The notes beneath the pieces are model-generated. The model was not told where the DNA came from. It saw only the letters and a list, made by a program, of their open reading frames with translations, and searched no databases. Shown in pieces: positions 59,951-64,000 of a stretch of 64,000 bases of DNA (positions within the stretch are counted from its first letter, which is position 1; every line of letters begins with the position of its first letter). The translations under genes and the position numbers were made by a program. Source of the DNA: Bacteroidota bacterium (GTDB taxonomy: Bacteria > Bacteroidota > Bacteroidia > Chitinophagales > CAMDFR01); NCBI GenBank assembly GCA_037130135.1, contig JBAXTO010000001.1, positions 479,608-543,607 of the forward strand. Direction: 5' to 3'.

Positions 59951-60964
59951 TTAAGGTAGGAAACCTAAATCTTTTGTATAGTATCCATAAGCTAATGAAT
60001 CTCTTGATGCTTGACTAATGGTAATATTATTTACTTTACTATAGGTTCTGCTACTAACCAATCCTAAGCCATTGTTTACATTCGTATAAGTAGGTAAATA
60101 ACTTAATGAAGTTATTCCTCCTTGGGCATTTTTTATTTGTAAATATTTGTCGTATTCATCACCCGCTGCGTATAATATAAATTCAAGTGTATTTCCAGTC
60201 ACGACTCTTCTTTCAAGGTTAATATCTTGTTTTAAGTATAATGCTAAACGTTTATAGATTTCAGCTTTATTTATTTTCTTTTCAATTGTTTCGCCTCCAC
60301 CTAAACCATTAGACGAAATCCCTTTCAATGCTATATACTCATATGATTTAAAAGTGGTTGTATTTGTCATTATATTACGTTCCGAATAATTGAAACGAAC
60401 TAACAAATCGAAAACTTTATCATTTGGTTGTGTTTGCCATTTAATTGTATAGGGAATTGTATCTACAATGCCTATTTCTATTCCTGAAATAGGAAATAAG
60501 AACTTTGGAATATTCGCTAACATAATCTGAGAATAAACTTCATTCCCTGATTGTGTATTTTTTACAATCAATTTATATGGATGATCTTTTTGTAAAGTGG
60601 CATCAAATGAATACAAAACATTAGGTGTATTACTGAAAATACCCGAATCTTTGGGTATCCCAGTGGTGTCTCCATATACTTTATTCAAAGTATATACGAT
60701 TCCATTAGTCATATCTGTAACAGTTATATTCAATATATTAGCATAATATATTGAATCTGTTTCTTTTGCCATAACCAATGCGCTTTTTTCTTTATCTAAG
60801 AATGCTTTTTCAATTCGAACAAAATGTTTCGTATCTCTTATGTCTAATAATGCATATACAATAGTTGTTTCTTGGCCAGGTGCAGTAATATCTATATCTT
60901 TAATACATCCCGTAAAAAGAATTATGAATAATAAGACAAACAAATAGACATTTAAGTATTTCAT
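59951..60964 (-). CDS. Hypothetical lipoprotein (possibly DUF4249-like)
   Basis: From ATG 60964 the product begins MKYLNVYLFVLLFIILFTGC, a lipobox. The ORF-track TTG 60988 is the TTG of a -7 box. The family call is weak. Confidence 0.5.
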   Translation of the reverse strand: MKYLNVYLFVLLFIILFTGCIKDIDITAPGQETTIVYALLDIRDTKHFVRIEKAFLDKEKSALVMAKETDSIYYANILNITVTDMTNGIVYTLNKVYGDTTGIPKDSGIFSNTPNVLYSFDATLQKDHPYKLIVKNTQSGNEVYSQIMLANIPKFLFPISGIEIGIVDTIPYTIKWQTQPNDKVFDLLVRFNYSERNIMTNTTTFKSYEYIALKGISSNGLGGGETIEKKINKAEIYKRLALYLKQDINLERRVVTGNTLEFILYAAGDEYDKYLQIKNAQGGITSLSYLPTYTNVNNGLGLVSSRTYSKVNNITISQASRDSLAYGYYTKDLGFLP

Positions 60965-60985
60965 AGCATTAAATAATTTCAGTAA

Positions 60986-60993
60986 CAAAAATA
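60986..60993 (-). promoter_or_regulatory. Candidate -7 box (TAttTTTG) for the lipoprotein gene
   Basis: The minus-strand sequence tatttttg lies 21 nt upstream of ATG 60964. Confidence 0.4.
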
Positions 60994-61049
60994 AGATAGC
61001 TTTTTGAGTTGATGGTATATTTTATTAACAAACAAATTGATGATAAATA

Positions 61050-61721
61050 CTATAATTTATGTGCCCGTGTCATTTCACGCTTTCCAGGTGGTCCCGGAAT
61101 GCTTTCAATGGTGAACCCTGATGCTTTTAAATTACGTTTAAATTGGCCTTGGGCGCAATAGGTTAATAGGATACCATTTAATTTTAAATAATCATACATT
61201 TTTTTCATCATCTCAACATTCCATAATTCGGCCTGTACTGAAGGCGCAAAAGCATCGAAAAAAATAATATCATAACTTTGTTCGGGTGAATAAAGACATA
61301 TATCATCTTTTATTTTATATAGCTCAAAATGAGGATTTAAATGAATCATTTTATTCCAAGCAGCTGAATGCATTTGATTAAATATCGTTTCATGGTTGAT
61401 ATAATCACTAATATTATGAATAAAGGTGCTGGTATCAAATGATTCTAATGGATATTTCTCAATACTAACATATCTAACTGGCAATGATTTCGATTCTAAA
61501 TATGCATATGCTAATAGACAATTTAATCCAGTACCAAAGCCCATTTCAAATATGTCGAGTTGTTGAATAGCTGTATTTTTAGCAAAATAATAATCAATAC
61601 CAGATTGAATAAATACATGTAAACTTTCTTGAAGAGCCCCATGAATAGAATGATAATATACATTTAATTCCTTATTTATCAATGTATATGAACCATCTTT
61701 CGTTTGAATAAACATGAACAA
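61050..61721 (-). CDS. mnmD: tRNA (mnm5s2U34) methyltransferase, MnmC C-less / MnmD-type SAM methyltransferase
   Basis: TKDGSYTL...YHSIHGALQESLHVFIQSG, EMGFGTGLN (motif I), and FFDAFAPSVQAELW signature. TTG start in the track, with an in-frame ATG two codons in. Confidence 0.75.
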   Translation of the reverse strand: MFMFIQTKDGSYTLINKELNVYYHSIHGALQESLHVFIQSGIDYYFAKNTAIQQLDIFEMGFGTGLNCLLAYAYLESKSLPVRYVSIEKYPLESFDTSTFIHNISDYINHETIFNQMHSAAWNKMIHLNPHFELYKIKDDICLYSPEQSYDIIFFDAFAPSVQAELWNVEMMKKMYDYLKLNGILLTYCAQGQFKRNLKASGFTIESIPGPPGKREMTRAHKL

Positions 61722-61888
61722 ATATAACTTATATTAATTTAAATAATTATCCTATATATTGACAACGTTATATGATTTAATTACTTTAAGATATAAGTAT
61801 CGTTCAGAAATTTATTCTATGATTATTTAATTTTATGCAATTTTTAAGCGAATCGTTATTAATTTAGCGGTTCGCTTTTTATTTATAT

Positions 61889-62647
61889 ATGAATACTACA
61901 CATGTTCCGAATCAAAATCTCGATGATCCAAAAACAACAATGGCTCATAGAGAGATTATTTTAAATAAACCATTTTTAAAACAAATTTATATAGATTGGT
62001 ATCAATCATTTAACCAATATATACAAAATCTACCTGATGGTAAATTGCTTGAAATTGGTTCTGGTGGTGGATTTATTAAAGACATTATTCCTAGTATAAC
62101 TACTTCTGATATTATGCCTCTTGCTTGTTGCGACATGGTATTGAATGCAGAAAAAATGCCCTTTGAAAATGATTCACATAAAGCGATATTTATGTTGAAT
62201 GTATTACATCATATTCCAAATTGTGAAAACTTTTTTGAAGAATCACAACGAGTATTAAAAAAAGGTGGTATAATTTACATGATAGAACCTGCTAATACAT
62301 TTATAAGTCGATTTATTTATCAAAACCTTCATCATGAACCTTTCGATCCTAAACGAAAAGAATGGCAAATTATAGATAGCAAAGGGCCATTAAGTGATGC
62401 TAATGGAGCCATTCCTTGGATTGTATTTAAACGAGATATCAACTTATTTCACCAAAAATATCCCCATTTACGATTAAAAAGTTTCACTTATCATACCCCT
62501 TATAAATATTTATTAAGTGGTGGTTTATCAAAGCCCTCATTAGTTCCTAATTTTGCATATGGACTTATTAATTTTATTGAGCTTTTAAGTAAACCATTTA
62601 ACGTATTTAATGCATTATTTAACACTATTATAGTAGAAAAAATATAA
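61889..62647 (+). CDS. Class I SAM-dependent methyltransferase (Methyltransf_11-like)
   Basis: Motif I LLEIGSGGGF, post-I acidic residue, and KKGGIIYMIEP. Confidence 0.75.
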   Translation: MNTTHVPNQNLDDPKTTMAHREIILNKPFLKQIYIDWYQSFNQYIQNLPDGKLLEIGSGGGFIKDIIPSITTSDIMPLACCDMVLNAEKMPFENDSHKAIFMLNVLHHIPNCENFFEESQRVLKKGGIIYMIEPANTFISRFIYQNLHHEPFDPKRKEWQIIDSKGPLSDANGAIPWIVFKRDINLFHQKYPHLRLKSFTYHTPYKYLLSGGLSKPSLVPNFAYGLINFIELLSKPFNVFNALFNTIIVEKI

Positions 62648-62651
62648 CATT

Positions 62652-63380
62652 TTGAGAGTATCATTAGCTATTGGGAATTTCCTTTATAAATATATGCCAT
62701 TTGTATATAAGCATGCTTATACATTATTCAAAAACAATCAAGATGAAAAAGAAATTCATTTCTTAAAAAACAATATTAAAACAGGAGATCAGGTATTAGA
62801 TATAGGAGCTAATATTGGATTCTATACTAAAATTATAGCTGGATGTATTGGTCATTCAGGTAAAGTATATTCTTTTGAACCAGATACTAAAAACTTTGCT
62901 TATTTGAAAGAAAATACTACTCATTTATCTAATGTAGTTTTAAACAATAAAGCAGTTAGTAGTAAAACCGAAAAAATTAAAATTTATACTTCAAAAGAAT
63001 TAAATGTAGATCATCGTACCTATCCTGTTGATGATTATAGTCAAGTATATGAAATAGAGTCTATAGCAATTGATGATTATTTTAATGAAAACCAAACGAT
63101 CCATTTTATTAAAATGGATATTCAAGGATATGAAATTGAAGCTTTAAAAGGGATGAAAAAGTTAATTGAAAGATGCAGACCTAAAGTCCTTCTTGAATTT
63201 TGGCCACATGGTATTGAAGCGTCTGGAAATACGGTGGAAGATTATTTTAGTATTATCAAAGATCTTGGTTATTCTATTCAATTGCTTGAAAATGGCCAAA
63301 CTCAAAGCATCGACTTACAAAATATTCAACGTTTTAAAGGTCAACCTAAAGAATTATATTATAATATATTTTTAAATTAA
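62652..63380 (+). CDS. FkbM-family methyltransferase
   Basis: VLDIGANIGFYT, FEPDTKNF and KMDIQGYEIEALKG motifs. TTG start in the track, with an alternative ATG at 62694. Confidence 0.8.
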   Translation: MRVSLAIGNFLYKYMPFVYKHAYTLFKNNQDEKEIHFLKNNIKTGDQVLDIGANIGFYTKIIAGCIGHSGKVYSFEPDTKNFAYLKENTTHLSNVVLNNKAVSSKTEKIKIYTSKELNVDHRTYPVDDYSQVYEIESIAIDDYFNENQTIHFIKMDIQGYEIEALKGMKKLIERCRPKVLLEFWPHGIEASGNTVEDYFSIIKDLGYSIQLLENGQTQSIDLQNIQRFKGQPKELYYNIFLN

Positions 63381-63385
63381 TATAG

Positions 63386-64000
63386 ATGTCAAAAACGAAT
63401 CAACCAAAAAAAGAGCAGACTTCAAAAACTGAATCAAGTACTAGTAGTCTATATGAGTCTATTGAAAATCATATTGCTAGTAAAGGATGGTATTATACAA
63501 TAGCAATCACCTTAATTGCCGCTTTTATATCTTATCTATTATTTAAAGCTCGTGTAATTAATAATGATGATGCACTCTATATTCAAAATGCTACTAGTTA
63601 TGCTAAAAACTTTTTTGGATTTTATCATATCGAAAATGCTCCCTTTTATCCAATGTTTCTCTCATTTATTATTAAAGCTTTTGGGGTAGATATTATCAAA
63701 TTAAAAATTGTTTCACTGATTAGTTTTGTATTAAGCATTTTTATTTTAGTGAAAGCCTATGAAAAACGTGTTCCCTATATTGTGGCTTTACCAGCAATCT
63801 TTTTAACCGCTATCAATGCTTCATTTGCAGCTTATGCAAGTCTTACTTTTACAGAAGCATTCTATTCTCTTTTCCAATCAATTTTTATTTGGACTTCTTT
63901 TTTTATGATTGATCGAGTTGAACAAGAAACAGATTGGAAAAAAAATATTCCATATTGGATCCTATATGGACTTGTTCTTTTTATGATGTACCTAACTAGA
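63386..64000 (+). CDS. Polytopic membrane protein, GT-C-fold (GT39/ArnT-like) glycosyltransferase candidate; 3' end off-window
   Basis: This ORF is not in the track because it has no stop. It is open from ATG 63386 to the window end (205 codons). It has several TM helices and an acidic DD motif in the first loop (VINNDDALYIQ), as in GT-C enzymes. Confidence 0.55.
   Translation, partial: MSKTNQPKKEQTSKTESSTSSLYESIENHIASKGWYYTIAITLIAAFISYLLFKARVINNDDALYIQNATSYAKNFFGFYHIENAPFYPMFLSFIIKAFGVDIIKLKIVSLISFVLSIFILVKAYEKRVPYIVALPAIFLTAINASFAAYASLTFTEAFYSLFQSIFIWTSFFMIDRVEQETDWKKNIPYWILYGLVLFMMYLTR

Overview
This is an AT-rich, tightly packed chromosomal segment that looks like Bacteroidota, probably Flavobacteriia-like. 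Supporting signs are T9SS type-B C-terminal sorting domains, SprB-type repeats, TAnnTTTG -7 promoter boxes, the recF/DUF721 and TPR/ribH synteny, and a mevalonate pathway. I support about 54 protein-coding genes. By eye, in intergenic DNA only, I found no rRNA, tRNA, CRISPR array, transposase, integrase or recognisable defence or toxin module. Most of the window is housekeeping: recF, pdhA, ribH, pyrG, gyrA, dnaK, trhO, dNK, hslR-like and mnmD-like genes.

The accessory or unusual content is:
1. A partial sugar-activation cluster at the 5' end: a NeuA-like cytidylyltransferase, a Gfo/Idh/MocA oxidoreductase, an Ldh_2 dehydrogenase, a GH57-like unknown and an epimerase.
2. A 4-gene mevalonate operon with two non-canonical GHMP kinases.
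3. A cytochrome c::FTR1 iron permease fusion next to a secreted acidic-tailed protein.
4. A 3100-aa T9SS surface protein preceded by two small lipocalin-like genes. Its order is a Cys-rich head, a beta-helix, a poly-Gly tract, 4 Ig-like repeats, 19 SprB repeats and a type-B CTD.
5. An overlapping gene pair encoding a PAP2/vanadium-haloperoxidase-like protein and a CRTAC1-like FG-GAP/UnbV protein.
6. A second poly-Gly T9SS protein.
7. Two divergently arranged ExbB/ExbD/TonB systems, one with a non-proline linker.
8. A methyltransferase pair plus a GT-C glycosyltransferase at the 3' edge.

I do not see a clear-cut novel system. The best candidates for uncharacterised biology are items 3, 4 together with 6, 5 and 1. 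All function calls rest on motif recognition by eye, because no searches could be run. Sub-gene coordinates are hand-counted and may be off by a few nt.
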